From Podarcis pityusensis (Eukaryota): a stretch of 64,000 bases of DNA. The stretch lies in assembly GCA_964106645.2 (NCBI GenBank), contig OZ067043.1. One strand, written 5' to 3'. A program made the translations under genes and the position numbers. This document shows, piece by piece, positions 12,115 through 25,092 of the stretch. The stretch's first letter is position 1; every line of letters begins with the position of its first letter. Under the pieces are notes generated by a model. That model saw only the letters and a program-made list of their open reading frames with translations, was not told where the DNA came from and ran no database searches.

Positions 12115-12986
12115 GTAATGCTGTTCTGTTCTTTCCTTCTTGGCTGGCCAAATTGTCACATGAATTACTTTCTTTAAAATGTTTCAATGAATAGGGACCT
12201 GTGCAGTGTCAGTGGGGATGCATACAGGGAACCTGAAGTTATTGATTTGGAGCTGATGTTATTTATGCTTATTGCGTTCAGAGGTGGCATAAAAAGGAGC
12301 CAAGTCTTTGCGTGAGCTCTTCATTTTCCTATTCTTTGTTGCTGCTGATAATTCCACATTCTTGCCAATGGCAACAGAGTTGTGAGGTGGGATACAGCTC
12401 ATGGAACTGGCTGCTTTGTCCTTACACAGAAAGCTCCTCTTTGTCACATACTTGATTAAAAACAGCAACAACAAAAATGCATGATATGGCACTCCCTTCT
12501 ATCAGGAAATTCATTGGTAATTTGCAGAGGCGGCTACCAGCCTATTCTTTGCTTACCCAACCACTTTTGCAAATGGAAGAATCAATATGCAATGACTCTC
12601 CTGGTAAAGGCCTGCAAGGTAATATTATCCTGTGGTAGCAGTATAAGTCCTGGAAAACACTTTTTTTCTAGCATATTTCAAGATACCGCAAAATAGTGGC
12701 TAGACCACACCGGGCCATTTTGCCACTTTAGTATCAAGTGGGAAAGCTCTGCCCAAGGGGATTTTTCCACCTGAAAAATGTGTGCAGTATATGTTCAGTG
12801 GGCATGTACATGTGCACACCTCTGAAGCATGTTGCTGCCAAGCCTGCCTCTATATAGGTTATTCTCATTCTTTGTTTCAGAAAGGGCTGCTAGCGCCCAC
12901 CAGCCACCTAGTGACGGCCTTCCACATGGGAGTTCATTCCTCCTCCCGAGTTCCAGCATTGTAATGTTGCTTCCTTCTGTTCTCAG

Positions 12987-13115
12987 GTTGCATCAACTGC
13001 ACCGTTGGGACTGAACCAGCTCTAGGCTTTGAATACAAATGGTGGAACACGCTGCCAGCAAACATGGAGACAACGGTCCTCAGTGGAACCAGTTTTGAAT
13101 ATAAGGGAATGGCAG
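12987..13115 (+). CDS. ELAPOR1: ELAPOR1 coding exon (~10)
   Basis: tctcag|GT...GCAG|gtatct; [42 protein letters not shown]. Confidence 0.93.
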
Positions 13116-13464
13116 GTATCTTCATGGGCACATATTAACCCGAGGTGTTGGGGCAGTTCTTGCATGGGTGGGCACTGTCATATTGTGAGGTCTCTTGCCC
13201 CTGCAAGCAGTGGGGAAGTTCACAGCACAGTGACTCTCATTCCACTCGTACTGTCAGATGTTGCCAGATCAAAGAGAGGGGAGACACGGGGCTGCCTGCT
13301 TTCAGCAGCCGTCATGCTAAATTGTCTAGTTCTGGCCTCAGGCAACTGGACTTCCTGTGTCTCTAAGAAGTATGTAAGCGTTTATAGAGCTGTGTATTTA
13401 ATGATATCCAACTGAAGTAATGCCCTTTCACTGAATGGAGATGGTGTTCTGTTTGCTATTTCAG

Positions 13465-13555
13465 GGTGGGAAGTAGCTGGTGACTACATCTACACAGCAG
13501 CAGGAGCCTCTGACAATGACTTCATGATACTGACACTGGTGATTCCTGGGTTCAG
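13465..13555 (+). CDS. ELAPOR1: ELAPOR1 coding exon (~11)
   Basis: tttcag|GG...TTCAG|gtgagt; [30 protein letters not shown]. Confidence 0.93.
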
Positions 13556-14066
13556 GTGAGTGTGTAGCTGAGCTGGCGATGGCAAGCCTATGCATCCAAA
13601 ATGCAGTAGGAGCACTGAGTCCAAGCAGTGGGACCTTCTCCCCTTTAAGAGTGTGCTGCTTGCATTACTTCTTCCACAATCCTTAACTCACCATTGGTGA
13701 ACAATAACAGAAAGAATGAATGAGGGATTGAGTTGGCTTTTCAGTTTAACAAATCCTTGAAACATATATGAGCTCTCAGCAGCTGCCTGATTTTTGCCAT
13801 GTCCTGGAAACAGCCATGCTTTCAATGTATGCCTGTGACTAGAGCGCTGATTTTATTGGACTGGCCATCCTCAGATTCTTCAAATGTGTTCTAAACAAGA
13901 GCATAAGCTGAGGGAAACTTTCAGATTCATGGCTTGCTGAAGTAAGCCTTGCTAATTGAGGTGGACTGTTTCCAGACATTCCTACTCCCATCTCCTGTCC
14001 TTGCTGTGTTTTCACCAAGACCTTGAGCAAATAGATACCCCCTGAGTTTTGCTTGCTCTCTTGCAG

Positions 14067-14172
14067 TTCCCCACAATCGGTGATGGAGGACTCCGAAAGT
14101 AAAGAGATTGCAAGAATCACATTTGTCTTTGAAACGATCTGCAGTATGAGTTGTGAGCTTTATTTCATGGTG
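14067..14172 (+). CDS. ELAPOR1: ELAPOR1 coding exon (~12)
   Basis: ttgcag|T...GTG|gtaagt; [35 protein letters not shown]. Confidence 0.93.
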
Positions 14173-15019
14173 GTAAGTTGATCCAGCTTCTTCTCTCTCC
14201 AAAGCAGATAAGCTTTCTCTTGCTTGGTTTGCCTTGGGGTTTTGTGCTCCCAAGGCACAACAGGCTGTGGAAGGCACATTCCCCTCCTTCCTCTGTAGTT
14301 GATGCGTTTAGAAAAAGAGGCAAATCTCTTGGCTGTTTCCCAATTCCGGAAACTTTCACCTGAAATCAATATGTTCCTATGGGCATATTTTCAAAGGTAC
14401 AATAGCCCACTTGCATCCTGTAGTTACACCTCTGTGAGGACTCTGTGTCAAAATGCCACCATGGCGGCGAGAAAAATAAATATAGGTATACCACCCGTTG
14501 GTATGTTAAAAAATCAGCATTATTGATAATGTTAATATTATTAATAAAAATAGTGTAAGAACTGGAAAACTATTCTAGGCACATTTTGTTCAGAGATACA
14601 CTTTGGACAGGTAGCAAGGCCACTCATCATGCACAGTGCAAAATGAAAAAGACTTGTGAAAATGTTAAAAAAATGAGTATTATTGGGTTTTGCAAATGAT
14701 GCTCTGAATTTCCTGTGCTTTCTGATCTGCAGCCCACATCAGCTTCTCTTGAGCTACAATGGGCACGAAAGAAAAGTCACTGTAGCCTCTCTTCCCCAAT
14801 TTCAGTGTCATCTTTCCTCTTAACTGCTTCCTTCCCACTAATGCCCCACCTCCCCTTCTTTTCAGTTGGCTATTCCAAGGCTCTCACAATCTGCCTGGCA
14901 TGATTTCCCTGCTTATACTCAAGTTACGGAAATATCTGTATCTGTAATAATAAAGAATTATTTAGGTAGAAAGCGTTGCTTGCTCTTTACTCACTAGGCC
15001 CATGCTTTATCTCTGGTAG

Positions 15020-15157
15020 GGTGTCAATTCCAGAACCAACACGCCTGTGGAAACCTGGATTGGCTCGAAAGGAAAGCAATCCTACACCTACATCATTGAA
15101 AAGAACGCCACCATGAGCTTCACATGGGCCTTCCAAAGAACAGCATATCATGAGCCG
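15020..15157 (+). CDS. ELAPOR1: ELAPOR1 coding exon (~13)
   Basis: tggtag|GGT...CCG|gtaggg; [46 protein letters not shown]. Confidence 0.92.
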
Positions 15158-15386
15158 GTAGGGACTTTCACTTCCTGGGGAACCTTCTGTTCACAGCCAG
15201 CTCCTCAGTTATCCCTTTTATGGGGAGTTCCTTGCCAGGAATCAGAGATACTCTAGTGTCTTGCTAATCAAAGATGTCCCAGCAAGGAATAGGCACGCCA
15301 TCCTTGTCTGCAGCATCCCACCTCCCCTTTATCAAACACTTCTACCTCTCCAAGGCCCTATGGACACTTTCTGTGTTTTGTTCTAG

Positions 15387-15644
15387 GGAAGAAAATACAC
15401 CAACGATGTTGCCAAGCTGTACTCTATTAATGTGACCAACGTCATCGAAGGCGTAGCATCATACTGCCGGGTGTGCGCTCTGGAATCCTCGGGCTCGTCC
15501 TGTACTTCCTGCCCACACGGCCACTACATCGACAGAAGCTCTGGGGGCTGCTACCCGTGTGCAGCAAACACGTACCTGAAAGCTCACCAGCCCTATGGCA
15601 GCCAGGCCTGCATCCCTTGTGGTCCCGGCACAAAAAACAACCCG
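15387..15644 (+). CDS. ELAPOR1: ELAPOR1 coding exon (~14), Cys-rich repeat
   Basis: ttctag|GGA...CCG|gtaata; [33 protein letters not shown]...CGPGTKNNP. Confidence 0.93.
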
Positions 15645-16425
15645 GTAATATTGTCCTCCTTTCTGCCTATCGGTTCTGGCCAATTTGCAATGATCTACAC
15701 TGTTAGCTAAATAAAAGCACCCCATTAAGTTTATAAATCATTTAGTTGGCAGAGGGCTTTCCATTATAAGCAGCAGTAGGGCGGTATCAGTATATTAGTA
15801 CTAGTATACCGCCCCTCATCCAAAATTACAGACAGAATCTGCATGCACAAGAAACTGCAGATCTGTTGGCTGGAGAAGGTTCCACTTGAAGTGGCAGGCA
15901 AGATCCCACCCAGTTAGCAAAGCCTGCCCGCTGACATGATATGCATGAGGCCAGATCCTTAAAAAAGAAGATATATAACTGAAAACTTTGTCTTAACAAA
16001 CTTTTGCATTTTTCTTAATGAAAATGTGGAACCTGTAGACTGAAATGGATTCTTCCCTTACCAAATCATCCCAGAGTTTTGCTTTAAAAAAAACCCAAGC
16101 TTGTCTTTCTTCAGAAATATTAAGTTATTTCCTGCCAAAATGGAAATGGTACTAGAACAGCTAAGCGGTTCATCTCCACATACTCTGTTTTGTGTAATTA
16201 TCCACATGGTTCCCTGGAGGAAATTGGCAAGTGAGATTCCTGTGAACAGAAGCTTATGGGATTCTGGAGCACTATAAACCTGGCCAGCTTGAGAATAATC
16301 AGCCACATTTGGGTTCCTTCCTCTCAGAGTAAACTTGGGTTTTACATGGTGCTGGAGACGCTGACAATTTCTGAGCTCCTCTATGAGGAAATAAATTGAC
16401 TGTAAAAAAATGTTCTGCTCCCCAG

Positions 16426-16599
16426 ATCCATTCTCTTTGTTACAGTGACTGTCACCTCTCAGTCATCGCGGACGGCAGGACTCTGGAGTATGACTTCTCA
16501 GCACTGTCTAATAGCACATCCTTTTTGGTGGGGCCCAGTTTTACCACCAAAGGGCTAAAGTATTTTCACCACTTCAACATCAGCCTCTGTGGGAATCAT
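16426..16599 (+). CDS. ELAPOR1: ELAPOR1 coding exon (~15)
   Basis: ccccag|ATC...CAT|gtaagt; IHSLCYSDCHLS...GPSFTTKGLKYFHHFNISLCGNH. Confidence 0.93.
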
Positions 16600-17333
16600 G
16601 TAAGTACGTGGCGAGGCTTCTGAGAAGCCCATCCTCTATGCAGGGCCCCAACATGTGAGAGTGGCTTATATGGTACAAATCACCCTGATGTGAAGAGAGT
16701 TTCTAGGCACCCATGCTCACCCCGGAGCCGCAGAACGTTTCCTTAGCACAATCCCATCCTCCTGGCTACTCTAGCTGAACCATCGCAACAAAACAGCTCA
16801 AATTCTTGAAGGTCTCTTATCTGTAACTTAAGGGAAACATTTTACTATCGTGATGCAACTGCCCTTCTCTCCTGTGAAAGGATGGGTGTTAATAGATCCC
16901 TGTGCACTGAAAGTGTGTGTGTCACAGTATCATTGATTTATCCCCACTACCAATGACAGCTGGTGACCACACACCCTACCCATGCATACAGAACTCTTCG
17001 GAATAGGCTCTTTGTGTGTACATAGAGCTTCTCCATGCAAAGCAGGGTCCGTTTATCCCAGACTCCTCACCCCTGTTATATGTGGGAGCTCTACGCACAT
17101 ACATTGATACACAAATAGACGCCCTTCCAACATGCATGGGTAATGGAAAATGCGGTGATCAGAGGCGCTGGTGCTAGGCTTTGAAACCCTCCTTGTGCTT
17201 TCAGTGCAATAGGGTGGGTTCATCTGAGTCCTCTTGCTATGGTTCCTTTAAAAAGAACTTCAGGTTTTATAAAGACAAGGATCCAGCCAACTCTCTCTCT
17301 CTCTCTCCCCACCCCCCTTGCAATTCTCTGAAG

Positions 17334-17514
17334 GGAAGGAAAATGGCAACCTGCACGGATAACGTCACAGACATGCACATCCTGGGCAAAGAGACAGAGT
17401 TCTCCAAATCAACTTCCTCCTATGTATGCCAGTCCATCATTGTCCCCTCTGATGTGATGGCTTACAAATCAGTGGTGTCTTCCCAACCCGTGAGCCTGGC
17501 AGACCGCTTTGTAG
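17334..17514 (+). CDS. ELAPOR1: ELAPOR1 coding exon (~16)
   Basis: ctgaag|GGA...GTAG|gtgaga; [13 protein letters not shown]...[12 protein letters not shown]. Confidence 0.9.
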
Positions 17515-17647
17515 GTGAGAATTGCAGGGAGCATAAGTCTGTGCTTTGAACAGAGGACTCTGGTTGCTGTTTGATAGAGGCTTTTGGGGGAGTTGCATGT
17601 GCTGGTTCAGGTGACAGGAACATCCCTGATTATGCCTTCTAGATAAG

Positions 17648-17822
17648 TCATAGAATCATAGAGCTGGAAGGTACCCAAAGGGTTGTCTAGCTCAACTCCC
17701 TGCAAAGCAGGAATTACAGCTAAGGAATCCCTGGCAGATGGCCATCCAACATCTGTTTAAAAACCTCCAATGAAGGAGAGTCCATCATGTTCCAAGGGAG
17801 TCCATTCCACTGTCAAACAACT
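17648..17822 (-). mobile_element. CR1 LINE 3' fragment
   Basis: tcatagaatcatagagctggaagg...gatggccatccaac...gaaggagagtcca; same family as 48136-48450. Confidence 0.8.
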
Positions 17823-18475
17823 GAATGGAAAAGTAGTGAGTTCAGTGTGGCTCCTTCATCTAAAACAAAGTCAACTTTGATGAAAACCCTACACTACTCA
17901 GTGCCACTAAACATTAGTTCCCCACTCCTCAGCTGTGTTTTTTGCTTTCTGTCCAGGTCCCAGGAAAGCAAAGGAGGGAAAGTCATAGCAATTTCCCAAT
18001 TTTTGCTGCTTCTTTTTTTTAAAAAAAGTATATAGCTAGAGAAATACTTTTTTTTTTTTGCACTGGGTTCTGTTCTACCTCAAATCACTGGCACCACCTC
18101 CAGGCCCATAAAATAAAGTATATTTTATTTCCAGGACTTGGCAATCTACTTTTATTTTATATATTGTCATTTTATTTTTATTTTTTTCAAGACCTGGCAA
18201 TCCAATAGCTAAACCTGGGTCACTCACACACACTAACAGAGCCTAACCAAAGGCACAACAGGCCTCACTTGTTTCTCTGACCCTGATCAGCATTTGTGAG
18301 GAAAGCAATGAACAAGACAAGCCTGTTTTCTGGAAGCAGTGAAGAGAGAATTGAAATGGGATTCTCCTCTGTGAAGCTTTTTAGCACAGTCAGTTTTGGG
18401 AGAGGGGTGGTCCTGGGAACGTCCACTGTCTTCTCAGTGCACTGTCCTTCTCACTGGTTTGCTTCTAACTTGTAG

Positions 18476-18572
18476 GAGTAACAAGGGAGACCACTCTGGA
18501 CAACATCACTTCTTTTCCTGACTATTTCCCTGCAGAGAATGTGGGCTTACCGGATGTGATATTTTTTTACAG
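18476..18572 (+). CDS. ELAPOR1: ELAPOR1 coding exon (~17)
   Basis: ttgtag|GA...TACAG|gtaagc; GVTRETTLDNITSFPDYFPAENVGLPDVIFFY. Confidence 0.92.
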
Positions 18573-18719
18573 GTAAGCTACAAGACTGCCAAACATAGAT
18601 GAAGGCAGTTTTAGCAGTCTTCTGTGGAAAACTCTGGGTTATTCCTACGTCTTGGAACATTTTTAGTATTTCAGCATCACAGGGAATTTGGGGGCTTTGG
18701 CATTCTGGAACCTTCCAAA

Positions 18720-18860
18720 GAGGATTGAACAAATTGATGAAGGGATAAAGCTATCAATGGCTACTAGTTGTGATGGCTGTGCTCTGCCTCCACAATCAGA
18801 GATAGTAGTGCTTCTGAATACCAGTTTCTAGAAACCACAGGAGGAGAGAGGGCTCTTGTG
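18720..18860 (+). mobile_element. CR1-group LINE 3' fragment (second family)
   Basis: gaggattgaacaaattgatgaagg..aagctatcaatggctactag..tgatggctgtgctctgcctcca; complementary to part of 57143-57410. Confidence 0.55.
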
Positions 18861-19469
18861 TCAAATCATTCTCTGGAAGGTCTTGGGTTCCGCTGCTTCT
18901 TGCTTGCTCATGAGGTACACAGTGATGATTTGCACGTGAACCAGCCACAGCATTACTGCTGTTACCAGCAGGAGTGGCTTTGATTCTGCAGAACCAGTTT
19001 GGCATTCTTTCTCCCCGCCTTCTTCTCAGCTCTCCTCTAGCCTCTGGCAGGTGGGACTTGAATGCGTGGGAAGGAAGTTGGATCATTTTTTGGATGCTGC
19101 TTTTCAGTGCATTCCTATGCTTAATTTGAAGGAACTTTTCAATAAATCTTTAGTATTCCCACACCCTGGGAAAATATATCCTTGTGATTTGTCCTCCCTT
19201 TTCCTTGGGCCAGATTTCCTTTTTTAGTGCCATTTGTACTGCTGTGCAGCAGTCCTTTGCATGAAAAAGAAAAATGATACAGTACATGTGTCTTAAGCGT
19301 TTCCCACTTTTAAAAAGTTATGAAAACATGCTGGAAACAAGGGAGATACAGCGTTGTGTTGCCCCCGAGTGACAACTGTATTAGTGAGAAATGCTAGTAC
19401 CGTGAAGCCTTGTAAGTGACAGGGCCGTCAGCTTTAGCAGGGATTTCATAACATGCATATATGTTGCAG

Positions 19470-19571
19470 GTCCAGTGATGTGACTCAGACTTGTAGTGCT
19501 GGGAGAGCTACTGCCATTAGAGTGAGATGTGATCCTCTAAAACCCCACTCTGGAGTGCTCTCTGTGCCGAG
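19470..19571 (+). CDS. ELAPOR1: ELAPOR1 coding exon (~18)
   Basis: ttgcag|G...CCGAG|gtaagt; RSSDVTQTCSAGRATAIRVRCDPLKPHSGVLSVP. Confidence 0.92.
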
Positions 19572-19885
19572 GTAAGTTCAAAGGTTAGTCAGTCTCAATA
19601 GCAGGTGCGCCCTGTTAAAACTACATTCTGCTCCAAACTCTACAGTGGGGCAAAAACTGGGAAAAACTGGTGGAGAAAAAAATTAAAATAAATGCTTTCG
19701 ATGCTGTAAAAATAGTCACACTGAGAACAGCACTTACTTTTGTATTGGGTGTACTTGCTTCCAATTCCAGTTGTAATTTATATTTCAGTTTTGTCCGCTC
19801 CTATGTTTCAAGCTGGCTGCTCATCTTGTTTATGCATTTTAATAGTTGCTTTTTTAAATGAGAACTAAGGAATAATGATTTAGCA

Positions 19886-20067
19886 AAGACTGTAGCTCAG
19901 TGGTAGAGCATCTGCTTTGCATGCCGAAGGTCTCTACTTCATTCCCTGGCATCTCCTGATAGGGCTGAGAATGTCCCGTCTGAAATCCTGGAGAGCCTCT
20001 TCCAGACAACGTAGACAATACTGAGTAGCTGGAGGTCAGACATGGCATAGGGTAGCTTCCTGTGTTC
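19886..20067 (+). mobile_element. tRNA-Ala(TGC)-derived SINE
   Basis: tgtagctcagtggtagagcatctgctttgcatg head, degenerate B box, tail gcttcctgtgttc. Confidence 0.8.
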
Positions 20068-20998
20068 ACAACCCTTCTAAAGGCAAAACTAAAAGATGCA
20101 TAAAAGCATCTCCACTGCTTAAAGCTTCCCCCCCCCCCCGCCCAATATTAGCTATAACAGCTCCAGTCTGGGTCAGGCCTATAGCACAAGATGAAGTTGT
20201 GTTAACATTGACCCTTTCCACTCTGCACCATTTCCCCAATGGCACTCCACCCCCCCCCCAATAAAAGGCTACTGTTGCTGATGCAGGGGAAATGATAGAA
20301 ATGTGCATATGATTTTCCTGCTGTGGAGTTATTTTCATGGGGAAAATGATACGGGGAGGAATACTAAAACTATTTTATTGTGCTGCACTATAGTCCCAGT
20401 CTGGTTTGGGAGGTGTAGCTATTTTTTTGGCAAAAAACGTAAAGACACCAAGTTGCATTCATATGCCACCAACTTTATATGACGTTTATCACTGTGACAC
20501 GCTTCTGGAACCCAGTTCAGTCTCATTTACATTTACAGACCTAACCTATCAGCATAAGCTTTGCCATATCCGTTCCTTCACATACCAACACAACTTCTTT
20601 ACCTCTTTAAAATGCAGAGGTCTACTGGGTATAGTCAAAGTAGAATGGTGGTGAAGTGGTCTAACAATGGAGCCTATCTCAACCTTGCAGGGTTTAAATT
20701 CTTTCATGAATGTCACAGGTCTCCAAGGGGTCTGTGTAACTCAGATACAGGAAATGCCTAAGACCTATTGACATCTATGAAAGAAATAGCATTTACAGCA
20801 AGAACAAGTGTTCCATGCAGCAGAGTTCATGCGCTACATACATGAGGCATGGCTTTGGTTCCCTGGAGTCACTGGTGACAGACTCTTTCATGGCAGGTCT
20901 GGGACAAGGGCAGGTCTTGACACCCACAACAGCTAGGTCATGAGGTGAGCCACTGAATAGACTCCATTTCAGATGGCACTTTATAATTTTTCAAACAG

Positions 20999-21125
20999 CA
21001 AGTGCCCTGAAGGAACCTGTGACGGATGCACTTTCCATTTCCTGTGGGAGACTGTTGAAGCCTGCCCCCTCTGTTCTACAGATGACTACCATGCTATCAT
21101 CAGCGCCTGTGTTGGAGGGATTCAG
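20999..21125 (+). CDS. ELAPOR1: ELAPOR1 coding exon (~19)
   Basis: aaacag|C...CAG|gtaggg; [42 protein letters not shown]. Confidence 0.93.
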
Positions 21126-21727
21126 GTAGGGACTCAGAATGGCTTCTTTTGAGTTCTTATCTTCAGGGCCTGAGAGCTGCCCATTTTTGTGACTATTATA
21201 TGAACATTAAAACAAGTCATCGACAGCTACAGCAGCCCAATGATCATTTAGTGAACATGCCGGTTAGGACAGGCAGAGACACCAAATTGAAATCCACTAT
21301 TTTTCCCCCTGGAGTTGTCACAAAACCATACTTGTCTGATCTTAAACATGCTTACCTGAAGTCAGTTCTACTGATTTCACAACAATAAACCGCTTCAGCA
21401 GCAGGTTCAGCAATGATGTACCGATTTATTTTTGTTAAGAGGATTATGTCCCTTCAAGATCCCTCTAGAGTGGTGGTGGTGGTGGTACAACTATTATGGT
21501 TGCTTCGAATCTATAAGGTGGCATCAACACTACATTTCTATATTGGTTTCAGTTTATTTCCCTGAAAACCATTTCTATATAGCTTAGCGTAAAATCTCTC
21601 CTAAGTGCTACAGGGTAAAACAGAAATGTACAGTAAGACCATCAGCATCAAAAAGAGTACAAAAATGCAACATGAGCTGTGACTGCATGTGATTAAAAGA
21701 AGGCCATGCCTGCTTTTTCTTCCACAG

Positions 21728-21906
21728 AGAACCACGTATGTATGGAGGGAGCCCAAGCTGTGTTCGGGAGGCATTTTACTCCCAGATCAAAAAGTCAGCA
21801 TTTGCAAAGCCATGGACTTCTGGCTCAAAGTGGGCATCTCGGCAGGGACTTGTGCTGCTATCCTGCTGACTGCAATGACTTGCTACTTCTGGAAGAAAAA
21901 CCAGAA
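21728..21906 (+). CDS. ELAPOR1: ELAPOR1 coding exon (~20), transmembrane helix
   Basis: ccacag|AGA...CAGAA|gtgagt; [12 protein letters not shown]...[28 protein letters not shown]. Confidence 0.94.
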
Positions 21907-21934
21907 GTGAGTAGCTGCTTCTGTTCCTGCCCAT

Positions 21935-21936
<2 letters not shown>

Positions 21937-21976
<40 letters not shown>
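21937..21976 (+). repeat. (TGCT)10 microsatellite 30 nt after the TM-exon donor
   Basis: Read directly. Confidence 0.95.
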
Positions 21977-21977
<1 letters not shown>

Positions 21978-23293
21978 CATAGCTGCCCAAGACCTTTTTC
22001 AAGGTTGCCCTTTAAATCAGATGGCAACCTTGAACAGCACAGCAGAAGCAAATAGGTGAGTCTGTGTTCAAAGATAGCAAGCTCTTCAGTAATATGTCAA
22101 TCTTTTATACATTGTTACATGTCAGTGATGGCATTCTCGCCTTCCCCAGTTTGCCTTCTTATCATCCCATTCTCAACCCTGCCTAAAAAGCAAGAAAGAC
22201 TCACCAAAAACAAACCAGTTTTTATTTTCCAGAAGCGTTAAGTGCATGCAACTTTAACACACTCACAAACAGTGCATCCATAGCCCTGTTCAGTAGCACC
22301 TTGTGAAAGGGGTGCAGCTTGTGAAATGAGACATCTTCATACAGGCAGTGATATATAGGGGAAGAAACCCCCCCCCCCAAAAAAAACCCTCTTTATTGGT
22401 GGGCAATATGAGACATAGGGCATCAGGTTAGCATTGTGTAGTTACAGGGTTGCTGACTTGCTAGGACTGCCTATGACTTTTCACAAGCCGCAGCCCTTTA
22501 TGAGTCACCCCTTGACCATATTGCTACAAAATTTGCAGATGGATCCTGTGAATTAGTTTCCCAGCGTATGCACTAGAAAAAGCTGGTGGCATTACCAGCA
22601 AATATTGAGCGGAGTTTGCTGAGCAGTGATCCAATTCCAGCTGTAGTTGTGATGAAACCTCTTCAATGAAGAGTGTTTCTTACCCATCAGTTTCTCAACA
22701 ACTATAGGGGATCAGGTCTACTGTTGCTTGAATGTACCTGCTGCCAGTGGATTTATGCTATGATAAGTGTCCCCTTTGGATGCTTACATATGAAAGTATC
22801 TGCCGGCAGAGAGGATACCAGTCCCACCACCACTTGAATTAGAAGCCTTTGCTGCTTGCTTATCTGCACCCAGGAAAGAGGTCTCCACTTCCAAGCAGCA
22901 GATGGGGCTCTGAAATGCTCGCTGGCAAAGATCAGCAGCTGAATATTCTGAGAAGGGAGGCAGAATTGTTTCCTCTTTGGAGAAACTGAAATTCAAGCTC
23001 CTTTTGAATTTTCTCCAGGAGGGAAAATATCCCACCTTTGCAGTGCATGCATAGGATTAAGCTAATAAATACACATTGTGAATGTGTATGACTGTGTGTG
23101 CTTGTTTGGATGTACAAAACATTTCTTTTTCTACCTGTAACAGTCACCTTTCACGTGGCCTGAAGCAGGGCTTATCATCTCCAGATTTTAAAGTGATCCC
23201 CCCCCCCCCCGCAAGTGTCCCATTTTGGGGACCCAAACTATATTCATCCATCATCCACCTGGCTTTCTCTATGTCTGTCTTATATCTTCGTAG

Positions 23294-23459
23294 GTTGGAG
23301 TATAAATATTCCAAGCTGGTGATGAATTCCAGTGCCAAGGACAGTGAGCTGCCAGCTGCTGACAGTTGTGCCATTATGGAGGGGGAAGACGCAGAGGATG
23401 ACCTGATATTCACAAGCAAGAATTCACTCTTTGGCAAAATAAGGGCTTTCACCACAAAG
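23294..23459 (+). CDS. ELAPOR1: ELAPOR1 coding exon (~21), cytoplasmic tail
   Basis: tcgtag|G...AAG|gtaagg; [55 protein letters not shown]. Confidence 0.94.
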
Positions 23460-24965
23460 GTAAGGTGCTTAGTGCGACCCAGCCTGCATGTGTAATGCAC
23501 CAGAATGAAGCAACAGAGGCCTTGGGCTTGGCTCCAGTGTTTATCTAACCTGACAGATGTCTAACATGTCATGTTGAACTTGTGAGGCCACATCTGAATA
23601 GACAGCTTCCCAATTCACTTAATATGTACAGTATCCCTGAGGTGTGTGTGTGCCTTTCTCTAGTAGTCGCTATCCTTTTATTTTTGAAGTAATGATTTCT
23701 AGCATGGGCTGCTGACTGTGCAAGACCCAGGCTGTAGTAGGGGTTTGGGGGGAGGGGAGGGAGAAGAGTGATTAAAGCTTCATTCTCCTCCTCTATCCTG
23801 TTAAAAATCTTGACAGAGTAGCAAAAGGAAAAGGACATTTTCTCTCCAAACAAATACATCAAACACAGCTAACCTTCCAGGATGCTACAGGCTAGGGACC
23901 AATCAAAAGTCATTACTACAGTAAAGTCCTCATCCTAGATCTGTGAGCTTTCTCCAGCCTCAGAGTCTATATTCACGTGCTGCTGTGTTTCCTATTCTAC
24001 TGACTGATGTTCTGGTTAATGGTGCGCTGCTTTCATTTTTCATTTTATCCCTCCCCCCCTAATGTGGCTATTTGTTTTCCTGTAGGCTTCTCTTAGGTAC
24101 AGTCAGGCATGGCAGGAGTCTGTGTGTAGGGCTGTTCTCAATAAACTAAGAGGAGGAGTCTTCCAGGTAGATAGAGACCAAATGTAGATGGTATTGTCTT
24201 GTGTCCCCTGTGTCTAAAAACAAGCCAGCTGACTGAGGGCGTATAGTAACCAAATGGCATTGGATGGGATGACAATATGGCCTTGTGATATCTGACTGGG
24301 ACCCAGCGCGGTATGGTATTCTTGGGAAATCCAAGCCACGCTGCCAGCTTTCTACAGCTGCAGCCTCTCCTTTCCCGAAGGGGGACGGTGCCACAACCTT
24401 TATTTTGGAGGAGGAAGGCAAGGAGGCCCAATGTGTGCTGGAGACACACCAATGGGTGTTAATTCAGGCTGCAAGTATAGGATGCTAAACTTACCCAGAA
24501 AGGTCCTTGAGCCCTGGCTTGTCTCTGGAACAAGTAGCTGCTACTCGTTGTGCTGTCCAGAATCATGTATGACTGGCTCTGTCTCATATTTTGCTCAGTT
24601 TCATCTTTTGAGAGCCAGAGTCAGGGCTGCTCTGACTTGATGGAGCTGGGGAGAACCAAGGCAGAGCCATGGAAATCTGGGCCTGTGGGATTCAAATGCC
24701 ATGTCTGGAATAAATTATGGGAACTGAACACTGTACACAGAATGTGGGTGGGTTTTCTCCACTCCCCTGCAAATTACAAGCAAACTGGGCCTTTCTGCTT
24801 GTGACCCAAAAGTTATTCCCGCCCCCACCCAGTAAATACATTCTGTTAAAATGTTGGCAAATTCTCATGTGTATGGGCTTGCTTTGCTTGAATTAGGGTC
24901 TTTAATCAAGAGGTTATGAATATTTAGCTGTTAGCATATATTTCTATTTGCAACATAATAGTTCC

Positions 24966-25092
24966 TTATCCTCACAACCAGCGTGATGCAACTGCTGCGA
25001 TCACTGTTATCCCCATTTTGCAGATGGAGGCTGAAATAATTATTTTGCACAAAGCTGCTGGTGAGGTTATTGCAGAAGTGGAGTTTGAACCA
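24966..25092 (-). mobile_element. MIR/CORE-SINE fragment
   Basis: ttatcctcacaac...ttatccccattttgcagatggaggctga...gagtttgaacc, the CORE-like sequence in reverse. Confidence 0.6.

Noticed and set aside
19891-19956. Functional tRNA-Ala(TGC) gene
   Set aside because: B box/T-arm degraded and followed by a SINE body found in several other copies in the window.
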